Source: a virus
Taxonomy: Duplodnaviria; Caudoviricetes
DNA: 59,046 nt
Reading direction: 5' to 3' (one strand)
Virus record (IMG/VR): IMGVR_UViG_3300030329_000446
Location: 1-59,046 of that record
Positions 1 through 10,609 of the stretch are shown one piece after another (position 1 is the stretch's first letter; each line of letters starts with the position of its first letter). The notes under the pieces were generated by a model, which searched no databases, had not been told where the DNA came from, and was given only the letters and a program-made list of their open reading frames with translations. A program made the translations under genes and the position numbers.

Positions 1-165
1 TTATCCTATATAATACAACAATTAACTAAAAAATTAAAAAGTTTGGATACAAAGTCTACTCCTAAGACTACTCCTAAGACTACTCCTAAAGATGGTGGTT
101 TTAAATCTACTAAGGTTAATGGTACAAAAACACCAATAAAAAAAGCTACACTTAATAAACAACCA
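1..165 (+). repeat. Terminal direct repeat, left copy (assembly circularity overlap)
   Basis: Identical to 58894-59046 except for one extra 12-bp unit ACTACTCCTAAG. Confidence 0.95.
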
Positions 166-963
166 GATTCAGGATTTAAATCTACATCAAATCTAAAATC
201 ACCTACACCAAAACCAAAGAAAGTTAGTGGTACTCAACCAAAACCAAAGAAAGTTAGTGGTACTCAACCAAAACCAAAGAAAGTTAGTGGTACTCAACCA
301 AAACCAAAGAAACCTATGTCTCGTACTGAAAAAGTTATAAGATCAACTTTAGGATTAGGTACTACAGCAGGTAGACGTTCAGGACAAGCTATCCGTGATA
401 AAAAAGGAAAAGTTCATGGTGTATCTAAAAGAGATCAAAAACTAGCTAGAAATATACGTAGAGGAGGTGCTGCTGCTGCTGGTCTAGCTGGTATAGGAAC
501 TGCATTATATTATGCTAATAAAGATAAGGAGAAAGATAAAAAGTCTTCTCTAGCTAATGTCACACCTCCTCGTAAACCTAAACGAGGATATAAACCTCCA
601 TTTGAAATGGAAGACCCTACTTTTAGTAAACCTAAACCTCGTGTAGATACTTTTAAGGATATGCCTAAAAAGAAAAAGAAACCTACTAAGACTTCTCAAG
701 AAGCTAAAGAGCGTAAAGATCAAAAGACTGCACAGGGACGCTATCGTTACTATGGTAAACCAGGAGAAACTATAGGTGATCTCTCACGTAAGTTTGAGAT
801 AAAGTATGATACTAAACCTCAAGCAATGTTACCACATGAAGAAGGCTTCCAAGAAAGTAATAAGCGTGGTGGTCAGATTAAAGGCTATAAGAAAGGTGGT
901 AAGGTTTCTCGTCCTCGTGGAGTAGGAGTGGCTCTACGTGGATGGGGTAAAGCTATGAGGTAA
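1..963 (+). CDS. 3' part of a ~480-aa Lys/Pro/Thr-rich basic protein that starts at 58414 (probable internal virion protein)
   Basis: Frame open from base 1 and in frame with 58414-59046; C-terminal KRGGQI/YKKGGKV and RPRGVGxALRGxG motifs; function inferred. Confidence 0.8.
   Translation, partial: LSYIIQQLTKKLKSLDTKSTPKTTPKTTPKDGGFKSTKVNGTKTPIKKATLNKQPDSGFKSTSNLKSPTPKPKKVSGTQPKPKKVSGTQPKPKKVSGTQPKPKKPMSRTEKVIRSTLGLGTTAGRRSGQAIRDKKGKVHGVSKRDQKLARNIRRGGAAAAGLAGIGTALYYANKDKEKDKKSSLANVTPPRKPKRGYKPPFEMEDPTFSKPKPRVDTFKDMPKKKKKPTKTSQEAKERKDQKTAQGRYRYYGKPGETIGDLSRKFEIKYDTKPQAMLPHEEGFQESNKRGGQIKGYKKGGKVSRPRGVGVALRGWGKAMR
211..312 (+). repeat. Perfect 30-bp tandem repeat, about 3.4 copies (KPKKVSGTQP)
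   Basis: AAACCAAAGAAAGTTAGTGGTACTCAACCA at 211, 241 and 271, partial copy at 301. Confidence 0.95.
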
Positions 964-965
964 TT

Positions 966-1469
966 ATGGCTAGAGGAAAACTTTTACAAGCAGGACTAGG
1001 TTTAGGTGCGGGTAGTGCTACTCGTGAAGGAGTTGACCAAGGAGTCATTCCTCAGTCTGCTGTTCATGCTGTAGATGCAGCAGCATTAACGAGTATGGGA
1101 GCACAAGGTCTTAGATGGGCTTATAATAAACTTCCTGAAAGCTATAAAAAGAAAGTTCCTTTTAGAACATTTGCAAAAGCTGCAAGAAAACAAATAAAAG
1201 ATAAATTTACTAGTCCAAAAGCTATAGCTAAAAGAGGAGCAAAGACAGCAGGTTCTTTAGCGGCTGGTCCTTTTGCTCCTCTTATGAGTGTTGGATTTTT
1301 AGGCCATGATATATATGATCTAGGTAAAACATTATATGGTCTAGCAGATCAAAAAATAAGTGGAAAAAAAAGAGGTGGACAGATTAAAAAGACTAAAAGG
1401 AAAGTTCGTGGTAGACCTCGTGGAGTAGGTAAAGCTCTACGTGGTTATGGTGCGGTTTCTAAACGATGA
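966..1469 (+). CDS. Basic protein sharing its C-terminal module with the upstream gene
   Basis: KKRGGQIKK...RPRGVGKALRGYG. Confidence 0.8.
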   Translation: MARGKLLQAGLGLGAGSATREGVDQGVIPQSAVHAVDAAALTSMGAQGLRWAYNKLPESYKKKVPFRTFAKAARKQIKDKFTSPKAIAKRGAKTAGSLAAGPFAPLMSVGFLGHDIYDLGKTLYGLADQKISGKKRGGQIKKTKRKVRGRPRGVGKALRGYGAVSKR

Positions 1470-1537
1470 TTGATATTATCATTAGTGCTTACCTTATAAA
1501 GTATATAGATATTGTAACTATGGGATTTATTTGTTAG

Positions 1538-1672
1538 ATGCCTTTTAAATCTAAAAAGCAACAGGACTTCTTAAAAATAAACCATCCTGAGATTTACAGG
1601 AAGTGGAAAAAGAAGTATGGTACTAAGATTAAAAAGGTAACGAAAAAGAAGACTACTAAGAAGAAGAAGTAA
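1538..1672 (+). CDS. 44-aa basic protein MPFKSKKQQDFLKINHPEIYRKWKKKYG... (below the ORF-track cutoff)
   Basis: Hand translation; TAATG coupling to the next gene. Confidence 0.7.
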   Translation: MPFKSKKQQDFLKINHPEIYRKWKKKYGTKIKKVTKKKTTKKKK

Positions 1673-2058
1673 TGGCAGAGATTAGTGATCAAACTTCTGT
1701 GGCTATGCCTATACGTAATCTTTTAGCCATTATTTCTAGTGTGGTTATAGGAGCATGGGCGTATTTTGGGGTAGTAGAAAGATTAAATAAAATGGAAACT
1801 AAGATGCAGCTTATGGACGCTGATCTTACAAAGAACAATGAGTTTAGGATTAAAACTCCTCAAAGCCCTACGGATAAAGAACAGTATATGTTAATAGAAC
1901 ATATATCAGGAGAGGTAGAGAAAGTTCAACAACAAATAGAGTCAATGGCTCATAACAAAGTTAATATTAGTAGACTACAAAAAGATGTTGAAAAAACTAT
2001 AGATAATATAGAAAAGTTAAAAGATGGACAAAGAAATTTAAAGTATAATGGAAAATAA
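1672..2058 (+). CDS. Membrane-anchored coiled-coil protein
   Basis: N-terminal TM segment followed by heptad-like helix. Confidence 0.7.
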   Translation: MAEISDQTSVAMPIRNLLAIISSVVIGAWAYFGVVERLNKMETKMQLMDADLTKNNEFRIKTPQSPTDKEQYMLIEHISGEVEKVQQQIESMAHNKVNISRLQKDVEKTIDNIEKLKDGQRNLKYNGK

Positions 2059-2060
2059 TA

Positions 2061-2288
2061 ATGGAGTTATTTGTTGGATTTATTTTACACTTATATAATA
2101 GTGTGACAGGACAACTACTAGAGTTTACACCTAGAGATAGTTTATCGGAATGTCTTAAAGTTAAACGAGTAATTGAACGGAGTGATCCACCAAAAGAGAA
2201 TCCACGTTGGGTTTGTAAAAAAGGAAAGTTAAAGTTAAAGAAGATGGGGGATGGAAAATATCATCCAGTAGAAATTATAGAGGATTAG
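2061..2288 (+). CDS. Hypothetical protein with two Cys
   Basis: ORF tightly packed in the operon. Confidence 0.65.
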   Translation: MELFVGFILHLYNSVTGQLLEFTPRDSLSECLKVKRVIERSDPPKENPRWVCKKGKLKLKKMGDGKYHPVEIIED

Positions 2289-2290
2289 TT

Positions 2291-2707
2291 ATGAAAATAT
2301 TAGGAATACTATTAGGTATGTTTATCCTAGTAGGATGTCAAACAACTCCCCCTGTTGAACCTAAAGTAGAAAAAGTTCAGGAGAAGAAAAAAAGTAAAGT
2401 AGGAATAATGACTATATCGTGTGTAGATATAAGTGCTATTCTAGATTTATCAGAAGCAGATAAAATATCTGCTCAAGCAGTACAAGCAAGACTACAACAG
2501 TATATGATGCTAAGTAAGTGTGGAATACATAATCCTAGAATAGCTGTTCCTCTCGAAACCTTAATAGCTGAGTATACAGATTTTATGGGTGTAGAAACTC
2601 AAATATGGAAAGTAAAAAATCTAGACTTATGGACATTAATTGCTAAGAATGTAATACAATATGAACGACAAAAAGAAAAAAAAGACAACGATAAAACATC
2701 TGTCTAA
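2291..2707 (+). CDS. Putative lipoprotein
   Basis: Signal peptide ending in lipobox LVGC. Confidence 0.7.
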   Translation: MKILGILLGMFILVGCQTTPPVEPKVEKVQEKKKSKVGIMTISCVDISAILDLSEADKISAQAVQARLQQYMMLSKCGIHNPRIAVPLETLIAEYTDFMGVETQIWKVKNLDLWTLIAKNVIQYERQKEKKDNDKTSV

Positions 2708-2804
2708 ACCTAAAAGAGAAGACTTTAATACGTTTAAGGAATATATGGATAAACAATGTGACTACCTTATTGAAAAATATAAAGATACATATGTAAAGGA
2801 ATAA
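2661..2804 (+). CDS. 47-aa hypothetical protein (below cutoff)
   Basis: Hand translation MNDKKKKKTTIKHLSKPKREDF...; fills the gap before 2806. Confidence 0.4.
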   Translation: MNDKKKKKTTIKHLSKPKREDFNTFKEYMDKQCDYLIEKYKDTYVKE

Positions 2805-2805
2805 C

Positions 2806-3480
2806 ATGGCACTCTCAGGTACATATACATTTGACTTAGATATTGATGCTGTTATTCAGGAGGCTACTGAGATGATTGGTGGTGGGGAAATCCTGGGACA
2901 TGAACCTGCATCGGCACGTAGGTCACTTAATTTACTACTAGCAGACTGGCAGAATCAAGGGATACTTCTATGGTCTACAGATGTAAGTACTATTACTGTA
3001 GCCGTAAGTACAACTACGTATGACCTGAGTAGTGCTACTATTGATGTTATGGAAGCTGTCCTTAATAGGGATAATACTGACCTACAGATGACCCGTATAT
3101 CTTTTGAGGAATATCTCAAGATACCAACTAAAGGTCAAACAGGAAGACCTTCTCAATATACTGTTAAACGTAACCAAGATTATCCTACTCTTTATGTATG
3201 GCCTTTACCTGAAAATGCGACAGATGTTATTAAAGTAGAACGTATAGGATTTCTTCAAGATATAAATAAATCTGCTGGTCAAAATGCGGATATACCTCGT
3301 AGATTTTTACCATGTTTAACAACTGGATTAGCTTACTATATGTCAATGAAGAGGCCAGGAGTTGATGCTACTCGTATTGCAATGTTAAAAACAGTTTATG
3401 GAGAACAATTTAAAAATGCTATGGAAGAGGATAAGGAAAGAGCAAGTTTGTATTTTAAACCTAAGTTAGGTTATGTATAA
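2806..3480 (+). CDS. Head-tail adaptor / tail tubular protein A-like
   Basis: ARRSLNLLLADWQN, GRPSQY, LYVWP motifs typical of podovirus adaptor proteins; synteny. Confidence 0.7.
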   Translation: MALSGTYTFDLDIDAVIQEATEMIGGGEILGHEPASARRSLNLLLADWQNQGILLWSTDVSTITVAVSTTTYDLSSATIDVMEAVLNRDNTDLQMTRISFEEYLKIPTKGQTGRPSQYTVKRNQDYPTLYVWPLPENATDVIKVERIGFLQDINKSAGQNADIPRRFLPCLTTGLAYYMSMKRPGVDATRIAMLKTVYGEQFKNAMEEDKERASLYFKPKLGYV

Positions 3481-3758
3481 TGGCTAATAATAAAAATGCT
3501 TTAGCTATTTGTGATACCTGTGGATTTAGATATCCTCATAGGATAATGAGATTAAATAGTTATGGTATGCTTGTATGTCCTACAGATTGGGATGGTGCAT
3601 TTAACTTAGTTAATAATCCTCAAAATAAATCTCCTGATGTACGTGACGATGAAAACATTCGTAATCCAAGACCAGATGTAAACTTAGTTTTTGATACTGC
3701 TTGGAATACAAATATTAATAATTGGGAAGTTGAACAAAGACGGTGGGATTCAATATGA
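3480..3758 (+). CDS. Small Cys-motif protein of the neck module
   Basis: CDTCG...VCPTD motif; coupled to the adaptor gene. Confidence 0.65.
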   Translation: MANNKNALAICDTCGFRYPHRIMRLNSYGMLVCPTDWDGAFNLVNNPQNKSPDVRDDENIRNPRPDVNLVFDTAWNTNINNWEVEQRRWDSI

Positions 3759-6043
3759 GCACAAAATTAACAGGTAAACAAATATCCAATACATATAACC
3801 AATTATTAAAGGTTAATGTATCTACAAATACAGGAATTACTTCTGACTTACAAACTATTCAGTCAGGAGATTCTACTAATAGTGCCTTACAACTCTCACA
3901 GGGGGTAGTTAATATTAATGGCACATTTGCTTTAAATGGTACAAATTTAACGGCTGATGCGTCTGCTTTAAATGCTATAACAGACTTATCTGGGGTTACT
4001 GGTATAGTAGCTATGGATAGTGGAACAGCAGCAGGTAGAACTTTAACGGCTGGTACTGGTATTACAATTAGTAATGGTAATGGTGTAGCTTCTAATCCTA
4101 CTATTGCAGTTAGTTTAGCAGGTATTCATGTATCTACTTCTTCTGGTCATTTTACTGGCAATGTTACTGCTGCTGGTTTTTATGGTCCTCTTGTAGGAAA
4201 TGTTACAGGAGATATTGATGGGGCTACAGGAGCTTTTAGTGGTACAGTTAGTGCAACTAATGTTCATTCTGTTAGTATTAATAGCACTCGTTTAGTAGCT
4301 GCTACAGGTAGTTTTACAACTAAAGTATCAGGTGTTGCAGCAGAGTTTAGTGGTAATGTTTCCGTAGGAGCTTCTATTTATGCTGCTGGTGGAGTTTATA
4401 CAGGTACAGTTAGTGCAGCATACTTTGTAGGAGATGGATCAGGATTAACTAATGTCCCTTCAGCAGAAGGTGGAACTGTAAAAACATTAGTAAGTGGTCC
4501 TGGAATGGCCTTTACTGTAGGAGGAGTAGCTGCTACAACTATTGCTGTTAGTGGTGTTATTGGTCTAGCTGCTAATCAGACTTTTGGGACTGTATCCCTG
4601 GGAACGGTAGCTGTTACTACTGGATTATCAGTTCCTTCTGGTAGTGCAGCTACTTTTGGTGTACCTATATCTGGAACATCAGCAGTATTTTCAGGAGATG
4701 TATCAGCAGATAATGTTTATGCTGCTACACAGATGTATGTAGGAGGTGTAGCTGTTCCTGATGGTGCTGCTCTTACATCTATAAATACGGTATTAGCTGC
4801 TACATCCTCTGCATTAGCCACGAGTATAGGTAATAGTAATAGTGCTATAACTTCAATTAACACTGTTATTGGAACTGTTTCCAGTGCGTTAGCTACAAGT
4901 ATAGGGAATAGCAATAGTGCTATAACTTCTATTAATACCGTTATTGGTACGGTATCAGGAGCTTTAGCTACGAGTATAGGAAATAGTAATACTAATATAA
5001 CTACTAATGCTTCTGCTATTACTTCTATTAATGCCGTTTTAGGTGATGGTAGTGGGTTTGTAACAGATAGTGAATTAGCTACTGTATCAGGAGCTTTAGC
5101 AGCGAGTATAGGTAATAGCAATACAAATATAACAAATAATGCATCAGCTATAACCTCTATTAATACTGTAGTAGCTGATACATCATCGGCTCTTGCAACG
5201 AGTATCGGGAATAGTAATAGTGCTATAACTTCGATCAATACGGTTATTGGAACTGTATCAGGAGCTTTAGCTACTAGTATTGCTAATCATCTACCTCTAG
5301 CTGGAGGAACTGTTACAGGAGCTACAAAGTTTGAAGCTAATGTATCTATATTTGATTCTGAATTAGAATTACGTAATGATGATGCAGGTGCTTCTAATGC
5401 TCCTATATTATCATTATTTAGAGATAGTGCTTCTCCACTAGCAGGAGATAATTTAGGAGCTATCTATTTTTATGGTAATGATTCGGCTGGTAATAAAACT
5501 CCGTATAATATTCTGAGGGGAGAATTAGACGATCCTACAAATGGAAGTGAAGATTCTTCAATTTATATATGGAATTTAAGGGGAGGAGGCCAGTATCTTA
5601 CTCAAGTATTTGGAAATAGTGGTACATATTTATATGGGACAGTAAGTGCAGGTGATGTATATGCGGATAATGCTGCTTTTGGAGTAAATACTTTATTAGG
5701 AAAAGATTTACATATTGGAGGAGCAGCCGTAGCTGATTTAGTAAGTTTAACGGATGGGGCTAATATCTCTGTAGATTTTAATTCAGGACAAAACTTTCAT
5801 CTCACTTTAGGTGGGAATAGAACTCTTGATAATCCTACTAATTGTGTTCCAGGGCAGACAGGAAGTATATTTATTGTACAAGATGGAACAGGAAGTAGAA
5901 CATTAGCTTATGGAACTTCATGGGAATTTATAGGGGGTACTGCTCCTACTTTAACTACGGATGCTGATGCAGTAGATCGTTTAGACTATATAGTTCGTAC
6001 CTCAACAGCAGTTCAGTCTATTTTATCACAAGGATATAGTTAA
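3755..6043 (+). CDS. Tail fibre protein with internal coiled-coil repeats
   Basis: G/S/T/A-rich; repeated ALATSIGNSNSAITSINTV; C-terminal domain shared with 11506-12639; start MSTKL preferred over 3743. Confidence 0.8.
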   Translation: MSTKLTGKQISNTYNQLLKVNVSTNTGITSDLQTIQSGDSTNSALQLSQGVVNINGTFALNGTNLTADASALNAITDLSGVTGIVAMDSGTAAGRTLTAGTGITISNGNGVASNPTIAVSLAGIHVSTSSGHFTGNVTAAGFYGPLVGNVTGDIDGATGAFSGTVSATNVHSVSINSTRLVAATGSFTTKVSGVAAEFSGNVSVGASIYAAGGVYTGTVSAAYFVGDGSGLTNVPSAEGGTVKTLVSGPGMAFTVGGVAATTIAVSGVIGLAANQTFGTVSLGTVAVTTGLSVPSGSAATFGVPISGTSAVFSGDVSADNVYAATQMYVGGVAVPDGAALTSINTVLAATSSALATSIGNSNSAITSINTVIGTVSSALATSIGNSNSAITSINTVIGTVSGALATSIGNSNTNITTNASAITSINAVLGDGSGFVTDSELATVSGALAASIGNSNTNITNNASAITSINTVVADTSSALATSIGNSNSAITSINTVIGTVSGALATSIANHLPLAGGTVTGATKFEANVSIFDSELELRNDDAGASNAPILSLFRDSASPLAGDNLGAIYFYGNDSAGNKTPYNILRGELDDPTNGSEDSSIYIWNLRGGGQYLTQVFGNSGTYLYGTVSAGDVYADNAAFGVNTLLGKDLHIGGAAVADLVSLTDGANISVDFNSGQNFHLTLGGNRTLDNPTNCVPGQTGSIFIVQDGTGSRTLAYGTSWEFIGGTAPTLTTDADAVDRLDYIVRTSTAVQSILSQGYS
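4775..5290 (+). repeat. Degenerate ~75-bp (25-aa) coding repeats, about 6 copies
   Basis: S(S/G)ALATSIGNSN(SA/TN)IT..INTV repeated with diverged synonymous codons. Confidence 0.85.
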
Positions 6044-9000
6044 TGGTATTTAGTAATAATCTTTTAATGGGTGCAGCGGCAGCAGCAGCAAGTGGAGATT
6101 CAGTTTATGTTCCTAAAGGAGCAATTTGGACAAATGGTACTGATGAGTATCTTACACGAACACCATCGTCAACAGGAACTCCAAAAGTACAAACATTTTC
6201 TTTTTGGGCTAAGATCAATGAATTTGGGTCTGGAGCAGGTGGTTCTACTATAGCTGCATGGGCCGATGCCTCAAACCATTCTTATATAGATTTTAATGGT
6301 GGTGGTGCAGGTGCTTTACGGGTAGCTACACAGGTTAGTGGTGGAAATAAACTTGATTTACAAACATCTGTAGTATTTCGTGATCCTACAGCTTGGTATC
6401 ATTGGTGTGTAATATGGGATTTTACAAATGCTGTATCGGGTGAAAGAGGACAAATATATCGAAATGGTGTTAGAGTAAGTTCTTTTGGAACAGAAACTTA
6501 TCCAGCAACTTCTGATGTTCCACAGTGGGCTACATCAGGTACAGCAGAAACTATAGGTCTTATAAATACAGCATATGCAAATATGTATTTCTCTGAATTT
6601 ATTCGGCTTGATGGGTATGCTGGTACTCCTTCAGACTTTGCCCAATATAATTCAAATGGAGTTTGGGTTCCTAAAGACCCAACGGATTTTGTCTCTACAA
6701 ATAAAGGTACAAATGGATTCTGGTTGGACTTTGCTGACTCATCAGATTTAGGTAATGATGTTAGCGGTAATAATAATGACTTTACTCTTAATAATATAGA
6801 TTCATCTAACGCTACAGCAGATCGTCCAGCAGATGAAGCTCAAGATACAGGAAATTTTTCAACATTCAATCCGTTAATACCTCAGTCAGCTTTTGCGTAT
6901 TCTGAAGGTAATTTAAAGACAGTCGGAACCACAAGTGCTTCACATAAAAGCACTTTAACGACAATAGCTGTAACAGGAGGTAAATGGTATTACGAGCATA
7001 CAGTTACTGCCCTGTCTGGCGCACCAGCAGAAGGATATTATGTGGGGGTACAGCCAGCATCAGGGGCTGGTTCATTAACAGAACACCTTGGAGATAACGC
7101 TGATAGCTTTGCCTACACGGATACTGGCGATAAAGTAAATAACAATACTTTTGCAACCTATGGCGATACATTTACGACTAGTGATGTGATTGGGGTTGCT
7201 CTTGATCTTGAGAACGGAAAAATATTCTTTTCTAAGAATGGCACATGGCAAAACTCTGGCGATCCTGCAAATGGAACCAATGCAGCGTATACAACTCTTT
7301 CAACAACTACAGGATATATTCCAGGCTTCTCAGTTTATAACAATGGTACGGCAACATTAAATTTTGGTCAAACAGCTTTTAGTCATACCCCACCAACAGG
7401 CTTTAAAAAAATAAATACCTCTAATATGTCTACGCCTTCTATAGCAAAACCTTCTGATAATTTTAAACCTATAATTTATGAAGGTAATGGTACAGGACAG
7501 CGTGTAGGCCAGTTTATACCCTTTACGGATGATTATGACATTACTCATGCTGCACTCTTTGATAGTACTAGTAGCACTAGTTACTTAACCAAAACCTTTA
7601 GCTCTAATCCTACAGGAGGAGGAGCTAATGGTAATCAGAAATTTACTTTATCATTCTGGCTAAAAATGAATTTGAACAAAGGCATTGGGGGTGCGGCTGG
7701 ACAAGGAAGCGCATTATATGGAAGTGATGTAGATAGTGGGTCAGGGGCTGTACTATGGCAATGGGCTTGGAGTGTTGCCGTAGGTCCAACATTTAACTGG
7801 ACAGATTGGAGTAATGTCAGTGGGGGAGGTAGTAATTGGTTACGGAGGGTATTGGGTAATGCGACTTCTACAGCTGGTCCTCAAGGGGGTCGAGTGCAAT
7901 TAGATTATACTGCTTGGCATCATTACGTCATAGCTGCTGATTGGTCATCAGGTGGAGGATTAGCTGGAACAGATTCTTGTGCTAAAGTATATATTGATGG
8001 TGTTTTGCAGACACTCTTCCTTTATGATGGTTCTTCACTAATAAAAACAAATCCAGCCACCAGTAATTGGTCTAATGTAATGGCTAATGGAGTAGCTAAT
8101 TATATTGGAACATATAATGCGGCTAACGCATCTAGCTATCAGAGTCACTATTATATGGCAGAGGCTATTGGTGTAGATGGACAGCAATTAGCCGCATCTG
8201 TTTTTGGGCAGACTGATACTTCTTCTAATCGGTGGGTTCCTAAAGACCCAACAACCACATTATCTTCAGCATCCGACTTTGGTACTAATGGATTTTATTT
8301 AAAATTTGAAGATGGAACTAATTTAGGCAATGACTCTAGTGGGAATAATAATGATTGGACCATGACTAATATGGATACCACTAACGGGTCTAATCAAATG
8401 TATGATACGCCTTCAAGAAATACAGCAACTATATCAAAAGGAGCGGCTGCTAGTACTGCTGAATTAAGTGGAGGTAATTTAACTATTGGTGGTAGTTCAG
8501 GCGATCCACTTAGTAGTCCTTTCACTATACAAGAAGTTTCTAGTGGTAAATGGTATTTTGAAGGACGGCTTGATGCTATTGATACATCTACGGGTGGTCC
8601 TTCAATGGGATTCGCTCTATCAAGTGCTTTATCTAATTCTACTAATACTGCTGCAAGTCCAGCTAATTATTACACAATGAGAATAAGGGGAGGTCCATCT
8701 ATTCAATGTAATAATGATGGAGTCAGTTGGCAACCCTCTAATGCTCCTACTGTTGCTGTAGGAACAGTATATGGACTTTTTATTGATTGTGATAATGGAA
8801 AGGCATGGGGAGCCGTAGATGGCACTATAATGCAAAACTCAGCAGGAGATTCAGTTGGTAGTCCTAGTGCTGGAACTAATCCTACTTTTCTATTTCCAAA
8901 TAATACCGCTATAACATTTTTTGCAGGGGGTTCAAATGCTGGTGATATAACAATTAATCCTGGATCGTTAAGATATTTTGATGGTGCTGCAACTACATTA

Positions 9001-10011
9001 GACTCTGATGCAGGAGGATATTTTCAATCCACATCAATTCCTACTGGTTTTAAAGCCCTTAATCAAGATAATGTACCTGAAAATACGGCTGGCATTACAG
9101 GCTTTTCATGGATCAAGAACCGTGATGCTGCTGACAATCATATCTTACAAGATCGTGTAAGAGGAATTTATGAATATATTATAAGTAATGATAGTGACGA
9201 TGAGGTTATAGCTAATAATACTGTCAGACGCTTTTTACAACAGGGTGTTCAAATAGGAAATATGGATGCTGTAAATACTGCTAATGAATCATATGTACTT
9301 TGGCAATGGGCAGCTAATGGAACGAGTAATCCTTCTGTTAATACTAATGCAGGATTCAGTATAGCTACTTATACAGGAAATGGCTCTGCTGGAAATACTG
9401 TAACACATTCCTTGGGCGTAATTCCTGAGTTTATTTGTGTTAAGAAGCTAGGGGATGGAGATGATTCTACTAATAGACACTGGGCAGTTTATCATGTCAG
9501 CGAAGGAAATACGAAATACGGGCTGTTAAGTGATACTAATGCTTTTGGTACAAGTTCAGGTTATTGGAATAATACTACACCAGGAACTTCCACCTTTACA
9601 GTAGGAACTGATGATTCAGTTAATGGTAATAATGCACCTTATGTTGCCTATTGTTGGACTGGAGTAGAAGGTTATTCAAAGTTTGGATCATACACAGGGA
9701 ATAACGCTTCTGATGGTTCTTTTGTTTATCTAGGGTTTGAACCCGCATGGCTAATGATCAAGCGTATTGATGCTGGATACGCATGGCATATACATAACTC
9801 AGCTATGTCTCCTTACAATCCTGTGGCTGAAGGACTTAATGCCAATGACACAGGAACAGAAGCAGCAACTACTTTCGGTGACTTTACTGCAACAGGATTT
9901 AAACTACGAACTACTAATGGAGGCTATAATGGCTCGGCAACATATGTTTACGCTGCGTTTTCCGAAAATCCATTTGGGGGTAGTGGCGTAGCACAGGCCA
10001 AGGCACGATGA
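6043..10011 (+). CDS. Large receptor-binding / fibre protein with duplicated LamG-like and SPRY-like domains
   Basis: Two copies each of WVPKDPT, GTNGF.L.F.D...LGND.SGNNND and GKWY.E; C-terminal WIKNR...GFSIATYTGNG module. Confidence 0.8.
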   Translation: MVFSNNLLMGAAAAAASGDSVYVPKGAIWTNGTDEYLTRTPSSTGTPKVQTFSFWAKINEFGSGAGGSTIAAWADASNHSYIDFNGGGAGALRVATQVSGGNKLDLQTSVVFRDPTAWYHWCVIWDFTNAVSGERGQIYRNGVRVSSFGTETYPATSDVPQWATSGTAETIGLINTAYANMYFSEFIRLDGYAGTPSDFAQYNSNGVWVPKDPTDFVSTNKGTNGFWLDFADSSDLGNDVSGNNNDFTLNNIDSSNATADRPADEAQDTGNFSTFNPLIPQSAFAYSEGNLKTVGTTSASHKSTLTTIAVTGGKWYYEHTVTALSGAPAEGYYVGVQPASGAGSLTEHLGDNADSFAYTDTGDKVNNNTFATYGDTFTTSDVIGVALDLENGKIFFSKNGTWQNSGDPANGTNAAYTTLSTTTGYIPGFSVYNNGTATLNFGQTAFSHTPPTGFKKINTSNMSTPSIAKPSDNFKPIIYEGNGTGQRVGQFIPFTDDYDITHAALFDSTSSTSYLTKTFSSNPTGGGANGNQKFTLSFWLKMNLNKGIGGAAGQGSALYGSDVDSGSGAVLWQWAWSVAVGPTFNWTDWSNVSGGGSNWLRRVLGNATSTAGPQGGRVQLDYTAWHHYVIAADWSSGGGLAGTDSCAKVYIDGVLQTLFLYDGSSLIKTNPATSNWSNVMANGVANYIGTYNAANASSYQSHYYMAEAIGVDGQQLAASVFGQTDTSSNRWVPKDPTTTLSSASDFGTNGFYLKFEDGTNLGNDSSGNNNDWTMTNMDTTNGSNQMYDTPSRNTATISKGAAASTAELSGGNLTIGGSSGDPLSSPFTIQEVSSGKWYFEGRLDAIDTSTGGPSMGFALSSALSNSTNTAASPANYYTMRIRGGPSIQCNNDGVSWQPSNAPTVAVGTVYGLFIDCDNGKAWGAVDGTIMQNSAGDSVGSPSAGTNPTFLFPNNTAITFFAGGSNAGDITINPGSLRYFDGAATTLDSDAGGYFQSTSIPTGFKALNQDNVPENTAGITGFSWIKNRDAADNHILQDRVRGIYEYIISNDSDDEVIANNTVRRFLQQGVQIGNMDAVNTANESYVLWQWAANGTSNPSVNTNAGFSIATYTGNGSAGNTVTHSLGVIPEFICVKKLGDGDDSTNRHWAVYHVSEGNTKYGLLSDTNAFGTSSGYWNNTTPGTSTFTVGTDDSVNGNNAPYVAYCWTGVEGYSKFGSYTGNNASDGSFVYLGFEPAWLMIKRIDAGYAWHIHNSAMSPYNPVAEGLNANDTGTEAATTFGDFTATGFKLRTTNGGYNGSATYVYAAFSENPFGGSGVAQAKAR

Positions 10012-10012
10012 T

Positions 10013-10609
10013 ATGGATCCAATTACGATAGGAGCAGCTATTGGAGCAGCCAAAGCTGCTGTAGGAACAGCTAAATCTATCCAGGAATTAAGTCATAGTC
10101 TCCAAGATTTATGGACAGCAGAAACAGATTATAATGAAAAGAAACGGAATAAAAGAAAAAAACCTGTTAAAGCTACGAGTCGGATGCAACAGATACTACG
10201 TAGACGGGCAGGAGAAAGTGAAGAAGCCTATGGAGATGACACAAGTATAGCTAATGTAGCTACAGCTGTATTACAGGAAGAAGAAAATAAAAGACTACTG
10301 GAAGATTTAGCTATTGAAATTGACCATAAATGGGGTAAAGGAACCTGGAATAAAATAAGAGTTGAAAGAAGTAAAAGACTTAAAGCTAACATAGAAGCTA
10401 AAAGAAAAGCAGCGTTAGATGCAAAGATAAAAAAAGCAGAAGATGATGCTTTATTAAAAAAAGTTTTTATGGAAAGTGGTAAAGCAGTATTAATTATTTT
10501 ATTTATTATAAGTTTAATTTATGGTTTAATATGGGCAAAGAATAAAGAAAAGACTAATAGGTTTGCAGTTAATAATATAAAGATAGTAAAAACATGGAAT
10601 TTGGTGTAA
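10013..10609 (+). CDS. Hypothetical membrane protein
   Basis: MDPITIGAA start, helical middle, C-terminal TM segment. Confidence 0.7.
   Translation: MDPITIGAAIGAAKAAVGTAKSIQELSHSLQDLWTAETDYNEKKRNKRKKPVKATSRMQQILRRRAGESEEAYGDDTSIANVATAVLQEEENKRLLEDLAIEIDHKWGKGTWNKIRVERSKRLKANIEAKRKAALDAKIKKAEDDALLKKVFMESGKAVLIILFIISLIYGLIWAKNKEKTNRFAVNNIKIVKTWNLV

Noticed and set aside
1-165. Terminal repeat as a biological direct terminal repeat
   Set aside because: It falls mid-gene at a variable tandem repeat, so assembly overlap is the simpler explanation
211-312. 30-bp repeats as a CRISPR or mini-array
   Set aside because: Head-to-tail with no spacers and in frame within a coding sequence
4717-5238. 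173-aa hydrophobic minus-strand ORF
   Set aside because: Antisense shadow of the repetitive fibre region
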